Of a DNA stretch of 64,000 bases, positions 1 to 8,407 are shown one piece after another. The DNA is taken from contig JBBDXL010000170.1 of assembly GCA_040902335.1 (NCBI GenBank), forward strand, positions 9,283 to 73,282, given 5' to 3'. The translations under genes were made by a program, and so were the position numbers. Each line of letters opens with the position of its first letter. Positions within the stretch are counted from its first letter, which is position 1. The notes beneath the pieces are model-generated. The model saw only the letters and a list, made by a program, of their open reading frames with translations, did no database searches and was not told where the DNA came from. This stretch comes from Burkholderiales bacterium (GTDB taxonomy: Bacteria; Pseudomonadota; Gammaproteobacteria; Burkholderiales; SG8-39).

Positions 1-2
1 AG

Positions 3-179
3 ACGCCGAGCCTCGCGCAGGCCAAGGAGATCGCCAAGGCGCATCCGGAGATCACGGCGCACTACTACCCCGGCGCCGGGCACGGCTTCAACTGCGACCA
101 CCGCAGCTCCTACAACGCGGAGGCCTCCAAGCTCGCGCGCGAGCGCACGCTCGAGTTTTTCAGGAAGCACCTCGGGTAG
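3..179 (+). CDS. dienelactone hydrolase family protein, C-terminal fragment (5' end upstream of window)
   Basis: Own translation, frame 3: ...AKAHPEITAHYYPGAGHGFNCDHRSSYNAEASKLARERTLEFFRKHLG-stop (TAG 177..179). The GxGHGF His motif is typical of dienelactone hydrolases. Below the ORF-track length cutoff. Confidence 0.5.
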   Translation, partial: TPSLAQAKEIAKAHPEITAHYYPGAGHGFNCDHRSSYNAEASKLARERTLEFFRKHLG

Positions 180-187
180 ATCGGGCC

Positions 188-214
188 GTACGGTGGGCCA
201 ACGGCCCACCCTAC
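188..214. repeat. REP-like GC-rich palindrome, copy 1 (GTACGGTGGGCC-AAC-GGCCCACCCTAC)
   Basis: 12-bp inverted repeat (one mismatch) between convergent stops at 179 and 211. Nearly the same core recurs at 61787..61813. Confidence 0.5.
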
Positions 215-1920
215 AGGAGCGTCTCTCCTGGCTTCACGCGGGTGAAAGCCACCGGCTTCATCGACACTTCCAGCCGCTCGCCGGCGGCGCGCACGCTGGA
301 GTAGGCGGATCGGTCGAGCGCGCCTGCCGCGGGGAAGTCCTCGCGGAAGTGCGCGCCGCGCGAGTCCTCGCGCGCGAGCGCGGCTTGCGCGATCACGCGG
401 CTGACCTCGGTCAGGCTTCTCAGGTTGAGCCAGTCGTGCCAGCTGAGATTGAACGCGCGATTCGAATCGGGAATGCCCGTGGCCTCGAGCTCGCCGGCAA
501 TGGCGTGCAATTCGGACAGGGCGGATTCGAGCCCCGCCCGGTCGCGGATGACCCCGACCTTCTCCCACATCACCTCCTGAAGCCGCTCGCGCAGGGGCTC
601 CAGCGTGCCGTGCGACGCGACGGTCCTGGGCTCGCAGCGCTCGACCGCGGCGACGAGCGCATCGTGGTCGGGCTCGCGCAGCGCACCCTCCTTCCCAACC
701 CACCCCGCCATGGTGTCGCCCGCCACCGCGCCGAACACGGTGGAGTTGGCGACGCCGTTGCCGCCGAGGCGGTTCGCGCCGTGCACGCCACCCGCGTCCT
801 CGCCGGCGACGAAAAGTCCCGGCTGCCCGGTCGAGCAATCCAGGCCGAATTCCACGCCGCCCATCATGTAGTGCGCCGTGGGCACGACTTCGACGAGGCC
901 GCCGGCGAGGTCGAAGCCGCAATCGGCGCAGCGCTCGACCATGCCTTTGAAGTTCTGCGCCACCTTTTCCGGCCCGAGATGCGCCATGGAGATGTAGAGG
1001 CCGCCGTTCGGCGTGACCTTGCCCTTGCGCATCTCCGCAATCATGGCGCGCGAAACGAAGTCGCGCGTCGCGCGCTCGGCGAGCGGGTCGTACTTGGGCA
1101 TGAAGCGCTCTTTCGCCCCGTTCAGCAGGTAGCCGCCGGCACCGCGCAGGCCCTCTTCCAGCACCGTGCCGGTCATGCGCGTATGCGGACCGGCGAGCAG
1201 CCCCGTGGGATGGAACTGCACCATCTCCATGTCCCGCAGCGCCAGCCCCGCGCGCAGCGCCATGGCGAGCCCGTCGCAGCTCTTGTCGCCCGAAGGCGTG
1301 TGGTAGCGGTACATGGTCGGCCCGCCGCCCGTGGCGAGAAGCACGGCTTTCGCGCGCACGAAGACGTACTCGCCCGTGCGCATGTCGATCATCAGCACGC
1401 CGGCGAGCGAGTCGTCGGACCTGGACTTGATCAGCTCTACGGCGCGGTGCTCCTCGAGCCTGTGGATCTTCCTCGCCCACACCTGCTCCGCCAGCCGGTT
1501 CATGATCTCGATGCCGGTGAGATCGCCCTTGTGCACCGTGCGGTCGAACGTCTGCCCGGCGAAGGCCTTCTGGTGGACAGTGCCGTCGGGATTGCGGTCG
1601 AAGAAGCAGCCGAGCTCGTTTTCGAGCTCGCGGATGCGCTCCACCGCGAGCGTCACCAGCTTCCAGGCGAGCTCCTGGTCCGGCAGCCACTTGCCGCCCT
1701 CGATGGTGTCCATGAAGTGGCGCTCCACCGAGTCCCCCTTGGCGAGCGCCACGTTGTAGCCGCCCTGCACCATGCGCGTGCAGCCGCACTTGCCGAGCAG
1801 GCCTTTGACGGCGACTGTGATCGATAGAGAAGGATCGGCCTGGTGGGCGTGCAGCGCGGCGAACAGCCCTGCGCCGCCCGAGCCGAGGATCAGGATGTCG
1901 GTGTCGAGGCGGCGCATCAC
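211..1920 (-). CDS. succinate dehydrogenase/fumarate reductase-type FAD flavoprotein subunit (non-canonical; no covalent-FAD histidine)
   Basis: 569-aa ORF. It has an N-terminal GSGGAG dinucleotide fold, HPTG and RLGGNG active-site motifs, and a C-terminal helical domain ending REDSRGAHFREDFP. GCTRMVQGG replaces the SHTxAAQGG site. ATG at 1917 is the more likely start than GTG at 1920. Confidence 0.85.
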   Translation of the reverse strand: MMRRLDTDILILGSGGAGLFAALHAHQADPSLSITVAVKGLLGKCGCTRMVQGGYNVALAKGDSVERHFMDTIEGGKWLPDQELAWKLVTLAVERIRELENELGCFFDRNPDGTVHQKAFAGQTFDRTVHKGDLTGIEIMNRLAEQVWARKIHRLEEHRAVELIKSRSDDSLAGVLMIDMRTGEYVFVRAKAVLLATGGGPTMYRYHTPSGDKSCDGLAMALRAGLALRDMEMVQFHPTGLLAGPHTRMTGTVLEEGLRGAGGYLLNGAKERFMPKYDPLAERATRDFVSRAMIAEMRKGKVTPNGGLYISMAHLGPEKVAQNFKGMVERCADCGFDLAGGLVEVVPTAHYMMGGVEFGLDCSTGQPGLFVAGEDAGGVHGANRLGGNGVANSTVFGAVAGDTMAGWVGKEGALREPDHDALVAAVERCEPRTVASHGTLEPLRERLQEVMWEKVGVIRDRAGLESALSELHAIAGELEATGIPDSNRAFNLSWHDWLNLRSLTEVSRVIAQAALAREDSRGAHFREDFPAAGALDRSAYSSVRAAGERLEVSMKPVAFTRVKPGETLL

Positions 1921-2090
1921 CCGGTTGGAGGCGGGATAGGGAAATGCTTGCGCTCGTACGCTTCGATGAGTCCTACAAGTTCAAGAAGGCGAGTTTCCTC
2001 AGCGGATCCTTCGGCCGCTTCCCAGACAGCTTCGACTTTCTTGAGCGCCTTTGAATACTCACGCTTGGTGCGGATAGAACGACGTTTCAT
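1917..2090 (-). pseudogene. possible remnant of a HigA-family antitoxin (N-terminal helical part only, no HTH)
   Basis: Own translation: MKRRSIRTKREYSKALKKVEAVWEAAEGSAEETRLLELVGLIEAYERKHFPIPPPTG-stop. The pattern (EY..AL..ve.l...eg..e...LelL..LIeaYE.kh.pIppP) matches the N-terminus of HigA-like antitoxins. It lies in a lower-GC patch with no clear RBS. Confidence 0.3.
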
Positions 2091-2141
2091 TCCGGAGGTC
2101 TAAGTTGTTCTGCGGAAATCGGGCTCTGACCCCGATTTTAG

Positions 2142-2750
2142 CTAGCGCACGCCGAGCCGGCGCAGGGCTTCGGCGCGCCTTGCCTTCGACGCGTCCCGCA
2201 CCTTCGCGTACAGGCTCGCGCCGTGGCTGTCCATCGCCACCAGCAGCGGCCCGAACCCCTTCACGCGGAATTTCCACAGCGACTCGGGATTCAGGTCGTC
2301 CAGGTCCACGTCCTCGATCGCTTCGATCCAGGTGGTCTCGAGCGCCGCCGTGCCCCCGATGATCGCGAGGTAGACCCCGCCCAGCTCGCCGAATGCCGCC
2401 AGCGAGTCCTCGCGCAGCCCGCCCTTGCCGATGATGATGCGCACACCGTATTCGTGCATCAGCGGGCGGCTGAAGCGCTCCATGCGGTCGCTTGTGGTGG
2501 TGCCGATGCACAGCGGCGCGTACCCGGCCGGGTGCTCGGCGCTCTTTTCGACCTTACGCACGTTGGGCGCGGTATGGATCACCGCGTGCCCCGCAAGGTC
2601 GAAGCGCGTCTTGCGGCCCCGGTCGAACATGTGGATCTGCGTCGCGTCGCGAATGCCGAACAGCGTGCCGTTCAGCGTCACCGTGTCGTCGACGCGCAAG
2701 GCGCGCGCTTGCGCCTCGCCAATCGGCATGCTGAGCTCGTGGTGCGCCAT
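2142..2750 (-). CDS. Fe-S hydro-lyase beta subunit (class I fumarate hydratase / L-tartrate dehydratase family, C-terminal-domain type)
   Basis: 202-aa ORF with motifs GTLFGIRDATQ, HTAPN, GTTTSDRME and IIGKGG, characteristic of FumA C-terminal/TtdB-like subunits. Confidence 0.85.
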   Translation of the reverse strand: MAHHELSMPIGEAQARALRVDDTVTLNGTLFGIRDATQIHMFDRGRKTRFDLAGHAVIHTAPNVRKVEKSAEHPAGYAPLCIGTTTSDRMERFSRPLMHEYGVRIIIGKGGLREDSLAAFGELGGVYLAIIGGTAALETTWIEAIEDVDLDDLNPESLWKFRVKGFGPLLVAMDSHGASLYAKVRDASKARRAEALRRLGVR

Positions 2751-2752
2751 CG

Positions 2753-3304
2753 CTAGCCGCCGAGCAGCGCCTTCTTCAAGTCGTCCTGCACCGGCTTCGG
2801 CCCAAGCCAGATGCGCAGCAGCGCCTGGTAGAAATCCTCTCCGGCGATGGCTGCGCCGGTGGCTTTGCCGTCCACGGTCATCTGCGTGCCGGTCCCGGGC
2901 AGCCAGTCCAGCGTGATCGCCATGCCCTTCTTCGCTTCCTTCATCTGCGCCATGACGGCGTTCAGCTCGGCGATGCGCGGCTCGAGCGCTTGCATCGTCG
3001 CCGCGTCGTGGTTCGGGCGCATGCCGTCGACGAGCGCCTGAGCGAAAGTGTCGGCGTCGACGTTGCGCAGCATGTGGAGGGCGATGCGCTTCGCGCCCGG
3101 CTGCATCACCAGGTCGGCCTTGGCATCGCGCACGTAAAGGCCCATGGCATACACGTCGAAGATGAAGCGCTGGCGCAGCCCCGCGCCGGTGAGCGCGAGC
3201 TCGGTACCGGCGATGCGCACGCGCTCGTCGAATTTCACGCCCGCCACCTCGGCCGCCTGCAGCGGCAGGGCGAACGCGAGGAGCAGCAGCAGCCTAGTAG
3301 CCAT
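2753..3304 (-). CDS. chalcone isomerase-like family protein, secreted
   Basis: 183-aa ORF with a signal peptide (MATRLLLLLAFALPLQAAEVAG). Shows the VKFDERV...LTGAGLRQRFIFDVYAMGLYV pattern of bacterial chalcone-isomerase-like domains. Confidence 0.7.
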   Translation of the reverse strand: MATRLLLLLAFALPLQAAEVAGVKFDERVRIAGTELALTGAGLRQRFIFDVYAMGLYVRDAKADLVMQPGAKRIALHMLRNVDADTFAQALVDGMRPNHDAATMQALEPRIAELNAVMAQMKEAKKGMAITLDWLPGTGTQMTVDGKATGAAIAGEDFYQALLRIWLGPKPVQDDLKKALLGG

Positions 3305-4169
3305 ACTCGAGCCCCGCGGGCCGGAACGTGGCGCGCGCGCGCCGCGCCGAGTGGCACTGCATGTTCACCGCCACCGGGTTCATGGTGATGTGGGTGGCCG
3401 CGATCTCGACGTGCACGGCGAACGCGGTGGAGTCTCCGCCCAGCCCCTGCGGGCCGACGCCCAGCATGTTCACCGCCGCGCTGAGAGCCTGTTCCAGCTT
3501 CGCCCCTTCGGGGTCTTCGCATGCCGTGCCGAGCGGCCGCGTCGCCGCGATCTTCGCCAGGTGCACGCACAGGTCCGCCGTGCCGCCCACGCCCACGCCG
3601 ACGATGGTCGGCGGGCAGGTCTTGCCGCCCGCCTGCAGCACGCAGTCGACGACGAAGGTCTTGATGGCATCCACGCCGTCGGCGGGGATCGCCATCTTCA
3701 GCCAGGAGTTGTTCTCCGAGCCCGAGCCCTTGGGCACCATCTCCAGCGCGAGCGTCTCGGGTTCCTCGGTGAAATCGATGTGGATGACCGGGATGCCGCG
3801 GCCGGTGGAGTCCTGCGCGTTGACGCGCGTGGTCGGATGCACGATCGAGGAGCGGAAGGAGTACTCGCGCGTGGAGCGCGCGCAGCCCGCCCGGATGGCC
3901 TCCTTCAGCGCCACGCCGTCCACTTCGACGTTCCTGCCGATCCACACGTTGTAGATCGGGATGCCGGTGTCCTGACACAGCAGGTTGTCGGTGTCCTCGG
4001 CGACCTTGATGTTGCGGATCATGGTGCCGAGTATGCGCTGCGCGCCCGAGTCAGTCTCCGCGCGTGCGAGCGCATCGAAGCCCTGCTTGACGTCCGGCGG
4101 CAGGAGCTTCAACGCACGGATGTAGAGCTCCTTGGCGGCTTCCTCCACCGCTTTCAGATCCACGATCAC
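3294..4169 (-). CDS. Fe-S hydro-lyase alpha subunit (class I fumarate hydratase / tartrate dehydratase family, N-terminal-domain type)
   Basis: Contains the motifs CQDTGIP, KGSGSEN and GVGVGGT. I place the start at GTG 4169, overlapping the permease stop as GTGA. The 435-aa track ORF (to 4601) is a spurious 5' extension into the permease gene. Confidence 0.85.
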   Translation of the reverse strand: MIVDLKAVEEAAKELYIRALKLLPPDVKQGFDALARAETDSGAQRILGTMIRNIKVAEDTDNLLCQDTGIPIYNVWIGRNVEVDGVALKEAIRAGCARSTREYSFRSSIVHPTTRVNAQDSTGRGIPVIHIDFTEEPETLALEMVPKGSGSENNSWLKMAIPADGVDAIKTFVVDCVLQAGGKTCPPTIVGVGVGGTADLCVHLAKIAATRPLGTACEDPEGAKLEQALSAAVNMLGVGPQGLGGDSTAFAVHVEIAATHITMNPVAVNMQCHSARRARATFRPAGLEYGY

Positions 4170-5059
4170 CGCTGCATGCCCCACTTGCGCACGGTCTTCT
4201 CCTCGATCGTGCGGAACACCACGTTCTCGACCAGCAGGCCGATGATGATGACCGTGACCAGGCCCGCGAACACGTAGTCGATGAGGAGCTCGTTCTTGTT
4301 CTCGAAGATGAACCAGCCCAGCCCGCCCGATCCGGAGCTCACGCCGAACACGAGCTCGGCCGCGATGAGCGTGCGCCACGCGAACGCCCACGCGATCTTC
4401 AGCCCAGCGAGGATCGACGGGAACGCGGCCGGGATCAGGATCCGCGTGACGTAACCCACCCCCCTGAGGCCGTAGTTGCGCCCGGCCATGCGCAGCGTCT
4501 CGCTCACGCTCATGAAGCCGGAATGCGTGTTCAGCGAAAGCGGCCACAGCACGGCGTGGATCAGCACGAAGATCAGGCTCGCCTTGCCCAGCCCGAACCA
4601 CAGCAGCGCCAGCGGCAGCAGCGCGATCGCCGGCAGCGGGTTGAACATCGCCGTCAGCGTGGCGAGCAGGTCGTTGCCGAAGCGCGTCGACACCGCGAGC
4701 GTGGTGAGCACGGCGGCGATCGCCACGCCCGCTGCGTAGCCCATCAGCAGCACTTCGATCGACACCCAGGCGCGCTGCGCGAGTCCGCCCGACACGAGCG
4801 CGTCCCAGAACGCCCGCGCGGTCGCGCCGAACGTAGGGAACATCAGCGCGTTGTCGAGGTAGGCGGAGTACCCCTGCCAGAACACGGCGAGCAGCACCAG
4901 GATGAATACGCGCCGCACCGCGGTGACGTTGCGAATCCGCTCCCAGGTCGAAAGCGGCCGCTCGATGGCACCGATATGGCTGACGTCGCCGGGTTCGCGC
5001 ACGAACTCCGGGCGCACCGGCGGCGTCTTGGCCAGCGTCAGGTCAGTCATGGGACTCAA
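4166..5059 (-). CDS. ABC transporter permease (nitrate/sulfonate/taurine NitT/TauT family)
   Basis: 297-aa ORF with about 6 predicted hydrophobic helices. Carries the EAA-like loop SETLRMAGRNYGLRG typical of SsuC/TauC-type permeases. Confidence 0.9.
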   Translation of the reverse strand: MSPMTDLTLAKTPPVRPEFVREPGDVSHIGAIERPLSTWERIRNVTAVRRVFILVLLAVFWQGYSAYLDNALMFPTFGATARAFWDALVSGGLAQRAWVSIEVLLMGYAAGVAIAAVLTTLAVSTRFGNDLLATLTAMFNPLPAIALLPLALLWFGLGKASLIFVLIHAVLWPLSLNTHSGFMSVSETLRMAGRNYGLRGVGYVTRILIPAAFPSILAGLKIAWAFAWRTLIAAELVFGVSSGSGGLGWFIFENKNELLIDYVFAGLVTVIIIGLLVENVVFRTIEEKTVRKWGMQR

Positions 5060-5864
5060 CCTCCTCCTGCTCGATGCGCTCGGCGAACAGCATGTCGTGG
5101 ATGCGCTGGCGCAGGCGGACGAAAGCCGCGCCGTCCTGGGTGGCGTGGTCGTACAGATGCGCGTTCAGCTCGGCGCGCACCTGCCCCGGATGCGGCGAGA
5201 GCACGAGGATGCGACTGCCGACGATAATCGCCTCTTCGATCGAGTGCGTAACGAACAGCACCGTGAAGCGCACGTCGTCCCACAGGCGCAGCAGCTCCTC
5301 CTGCATCTTGCGGCGCGTGAGCGCATCGAGCGCGGCAAACGGCTCGTCCATCAGCAGGATGTCGGGCTCCATCGCCAGCGCCCGGGCAATCGCCACGCGC
5401 TGCTTCATCCCGCCGGAGAGCATGTGCGGGTAGGCGTCGGTGAACTTGGTCAAATTGACCTTGTCGATCACGGCGCGCGCGCGCTCCTCGGCCTCGCGCG
5501 CGCGGTAGCGCCCGCTCGTGCGCATCGGGAACAGCACGTTCTGCCGCACCGTCTTCCACGGCAGGAGCTGGTCGAACTCCTGGAACACCATCATGCGGTC
5601 GGGGCCGGGGCTGACCACCGGCCTGCTGTTGACCCGGATCTCGCCTTCCGACGGAACCATGAACCCGGCCACGCCTTTCAGCAGGGTGGACTTGCCGCAG
5701 CCCGAGGGCCCCAGCACGACGAAGCGGTCGGCCGGATACACCGAGAAGCTCACGCGGTAGGTCGCCGTGACCAGGTGCTCCTTGGTCTTGTACTGCAGCG
5801 TGACGCCGTCCACCTCCAGCAGGGCGTGCACGGCGCCGGGCTCCCGTGTCGGCGCGGGCGCCAT
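5043..5864 (-). CDS. ABC transporter ATP-binding protein (NitT/TauT family)
   Basis: Walker A GPSGCGKST, signature LSGGMKQR, Walker B ILLMDEPF. Start ATG 5864 overlaps the upstream stop as ATGA. The 632-aa track ORF is an artefactual extension. Confidence 0.9.
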   Translation of the reverse strand: MAPAPTREPGAVHALLEVDGVTLQYKTKEHLVTATYRVSFSVYPADRFVVLGPSGCGKSTLLKGVAGFMVPSEGEIRVNSRPVVSPGPDRMMVFQEFDQLLPWKTVRQNVLFPMRTSGRYRAREAEERARAVIDKVNLTKFTDAYPHMLSGGMKQRVAIARALAMEPDILLMDEPFAALDALTRRKMQEELLRLWDDVRFTVLFVTHSIEEAIIVGSRILVLSPHPGQVRAELNAHLYDHATQDGAAFVRLRQRIHDMLFAERIEQEEVESHD

Positions 5865-6871
5865 CAGCTTCCCGGCAGGTCGTGGATCTCGGGGAAGAAG
5901 TAGTCCTTCCAGCTCGCGGGCTTGTTGTTCAGCGCGCCCACGCGATGCATGAACTCCGCGTATTTCGTCGTGTTGAGCGGGGTCAGCGTGAAGTCGTTCT
6001 CCGGATCCATCACGATCTTGCGCACGAAGCCGGGGTCGAGCCTGGACTTCGTCACCGACATGAAGACATCGCTCGCCGCCGCCTTGTCGGCGTTGATGAG
6101 CGCCATCGACTCCCTCAGCGCGGCGACGAACGCCTGGTAGGTCTTCGGATTGTCGCTGCGGAACTTCGAGGCCGCCCAGATCACGTTGAACGTCGATTTG
6201 CCGCCCAGCACGTCGTAGGAGCTGAGGATCCGTCGCATGCCCGGGTTCGCCAGCAGCTGCTGCTGGAACGGCGGGCTGGTGAGGTGCCCGGTGATCTCGC
6301 CCTGGCCGGAAAGCATCGCCGCCACGCCGTCCGGATGGCGCATCGACACGGTGAACCTGTCGAGCATTTCGTGCTTGCCCGGGCCGAACTCCTTCTCGGC
6401 AGCCATTTGCAGCGTGCGCGCCTGGATCGAAACCTTCACCGCCGGCAGCGCGACCTTGTCCTGCTCGGTCAGGTCGCGGATGCTCTTCACCTTCGGATTG
6501 CGCGTGACTAGATACAGCGGCATCGAGTTGATCGCCGCCACGCCCTTCACGTCCAGGTTGCCCATGGTCTTGTCCCAGATCGTCAGCAGCGGGCCGACCC
6601 CGCCGGAGGCGAAGTCCAGATTGCCCGAGAGCAGGGCGTCGTTCATCGCCGCGCCGCTCGCGAAGCGCGACCAGTTCACCTTGATGTCGCCCAGGCCGAG
6701 CCGACTGGCGTGCTTCTCGAGCAAGCGCTTGTCGCGCATCATCTGCAGCGGCAGGTAGCCGATGCCGAACTGTTCGGCAATGCGCACCTCGGACACTTCG
6801 GCCCGCGCCGCACCCAGCCCCAGGGCGAGGCAAAGCACCGCCGCGCCGGTGATCAGCTTGCTTGATTTCAT
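5864..6871 (-). CDS. ABC transporter periplasmic substrate-binding protein (NMT1/THI5-like, sulfonate/nitrate family)
   Basis: Start MKSSKLITGAAVLCLALGLGAARA (signal peptide) is preceded by GAAGGAGGAGA. Body matches SsuA/TauA-like binding proteins. Confidence 0.85.
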   Translation of the reverse strand: MKSSKLITGAAVLCLALGLGAARAEVSEVRIAEQFGIGYLPLQMMRDKRLLEKHASRLGLGDIKVNWSRFASGAAMNDALLSGNLDFASGGVGPLLTIWDKTMGNLDVKGVAAINSMPLYLVTRNPKVKSIRDLTEQDKVALPAVKVSIQARTLQMAAEKEFGPGKHEMLDRFTVSMRHPDGVAAMLSGQGEITGHLTSPPFQQQLLANPGMRRILSSYDVLGGKSTFNVIWAASKFRSDNPKTYQAFVAALRESMALINADKAAASDVFMSVTKSRLDPGFVRKIVMDPENDFTLTPLNTTKYAEFMHRVGALNNKPASWKDYFFPEIHDLPGS

Positions 6872-6992
6872 CGCGTCTCCTCCTTCTATTGGTCTGGAAC
6901 TCCGTCGCCGTGCCCACGGGGCCGGCACCCGGCCATTGCACCGCTAATTTATCCTCTTTACAACCCGGCGCGCCTCGGTTTCGCGTCTGCGT

Positions 6993-7301
6993 TCACCGCA
7001 TTCCACTGACCACGAACGCCAGTCCGGCCGCGAGCGCGAAAGCGGCGGCCGCGGCGGCGAGGCCTTTCGCCCACCCGCGCCACGGCAGGAACTCGAGCGC
7101 CAGCACGCGCAGCCCCCCCGCCAGGTGCAGCGCGAGCAGCGTCACCAGGCCCCACTCGGCGGCCTTCACCGCCGGCTGCTCGGTCCAGGCGAGGAAGGTA
7201 TCGAGCTCGAGGGCGCGGGAGAGGACCCAGAAATGCGCGGGCAGGAAGAGCGCGAGCGCGATCCCCGAGAGCCGGTGGGCGAGCGCGAGCGCGCGGCTCA
7301 T
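6993..7301 (-). CDS. SDH/fumarate reductase small hydrophobic anchor subunit (SdhD/FrdD-like)
   Basis: 102-aa product MSRALALAHRLSGIALALF... with 3 hydrophobic helices and a conserved His (LLALHLAGGLR). ATGA overlap with the upstream anchor gene. Confidence 0.6.
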   Translation of the reverse strand: MSRALALAHRLSGIALALFLPAHFWVLSRALELDTFLAWTEQPAVKAAEWGLVTLLALHLAGGLRVLALEFLPWRGWAKGLAAAAAAFALAAGLAFVVSGMR

Positions 7302-7636
7302 GCGAACACCCCGCGCACCGCCTGAAGCCCCATCCCGGCGAGCAGCACGGCGAAGGCGATCAGCAGGAAGTCGCGCGCGCGGCCGCGCCAGCCGAGCCAC
7401 TCGGCGAGCACCACCCGCAGCCCGATCGGCGCGTGCACCGCCGCGGCGAGGACGAACACGGTGTAGAACGCGGCCCAGCCGAGGTTGCCGCGCGTGCGGC
7501 CGAGAATCTCGGCGCCGGTGAGCCCGCCTTGCACCGCGTAGAAAATGGTCGCCAGATGCACCGTCACGCAAACCGCGAGCACCGCGGCGCTCGCGCGTTG
7601 CGCCACCCAAAGGAGCGTCTCAGTGCGCCGGCTCAT
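7298..7636 (-). CDS. SDH/fumarate reductase hydrophobic anchor subunit (SdhC/FrdC-like)
   Basis: 112-aa product MSRRTETLLWVAQRASAAVLAVCVTVHLATIF... with 3 helices and His residues suitable for heme b. ATGA overlap with the Fe-S subunit gene. Confidence 0.6.
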   Translation of the reverse strand: MSRRTETLLWVAQRASAAVLAVCVTVHLATIFYAVQGGLTGAEILGRTRGNLGWAAFYTVFVLAAAVHAPIGLRVVLAEWLGWRGRARDFLLIAFAVLLAGMGLQAVRGVFA

Positions 7637-8355
7637 AGCTTGCCCTGCAGCGCGGCGCGCGCCACGGCGCGCTTCAACCCCGCGATGCCCGCGGTGGGCG
7701 AGAGCGCCTTCGGGCAGCGCTCGGTGCAGCTCATGTGCGTGTGGCAGGCGAGGCTCGCGTCGTCCCCTGCCACCGCGCGCAGGCGCTCGGGCTGCGCCGC
7801 GTCGCGCGCGTCGTTGACGAGCGTCCAGGCGCGGTTCAGCGCCGCGGGCCCGAGGTAGCCGGGATTCGCGGCGACGACGTCGCAGGCGGCGTAGCACACG
7901 CCGCAGCCGATGCATTCGATGGCGGCGTCCGCATGCCGGCGCGCCTCCGATTCCGGGGAGATGCGCTCTAAGTCGTCGGCGCGCGTGCGCCTGCCCTTGA
8001 ACTGGCCCTGCGCCCGCGCCCACTTGTCGAAGAACTCGCGCATGTCGGCCACCAAGTCGCGGATTACAGGCAGGTTCCGCAGCGGCCCGATGGCGAGCCT
8101 GCCGTCCTTGGCGACCTTGTCGACGTGCGTGCGGCAGGTCCAGCGCGGCGCGCCGTTCACCGTCATGGCGCAGGAGCCGCACATGCCGACGCGGCAGGCG
8201 TAGCGATAGGCGAGCGTGGGGTCGAGCGCGCGCTGGATATGGGTCACCACGTCGAGCACGGTCTGGCTTTCGCGGCGCGGCACCTCGTACTCGCGGAAGG
8301 CGCCGTCGACGCCGCCGCGCCAGACGCGGACCTTGAGGAGTCCGGTCATCGGCAA
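7633..8355 (-). CDS. succinate dehydrogenase/fumarate reductase iron-sulfur subunit
   Basis: 240-aa ORF with three cluster motifs: CRVGMCGSCAMTVNG (2Fe-2S), CIGCGVCYAAC (4Fe-4S) and CHTHMSCTERCP (3Fe-4S). Confidence 0.9.
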   Translation of the reverse strand: MPMTGLLKVRVWRGGVDGAFREYEVPRRESQTVLDVVTHIQRALDPTLAYRYACRVGMCGSCAMTVNGAPRWTCRTHVDKVAKDGRLAIGPLRNLPVIRDLVADMREFFDKWARAQGQFKGRRTRADDLERISPESEARRHADAAIECIGCGVCYAACDVVAANPGYLGPAALNRAWTLVNDARDAAQPERLRAVAGDDASLACHTHMSCTERCPKALSPTAGIAGLKRAVARAALQGKL

Positions 8356-8407
8356 GTGGGTTGGTTGGGATGGAATGCCATCGGCCGGAACGACATTGTG
8401 GCGCCCA

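Noticed and set aside
211-1920. Calling the flavoprotein L-aspartate oxidase (NadB), because the covalent-FAD histidine is missing.
   Set aside because: Its length (569 aa), the C-terminal REDSRGAHFREDFP domain and the co-orientation with Fe-S and anchor subunits fit an SDH/FRD-type enzyme better. No nadA or nadC lies nearby. It stays unresolved without phylogeny.
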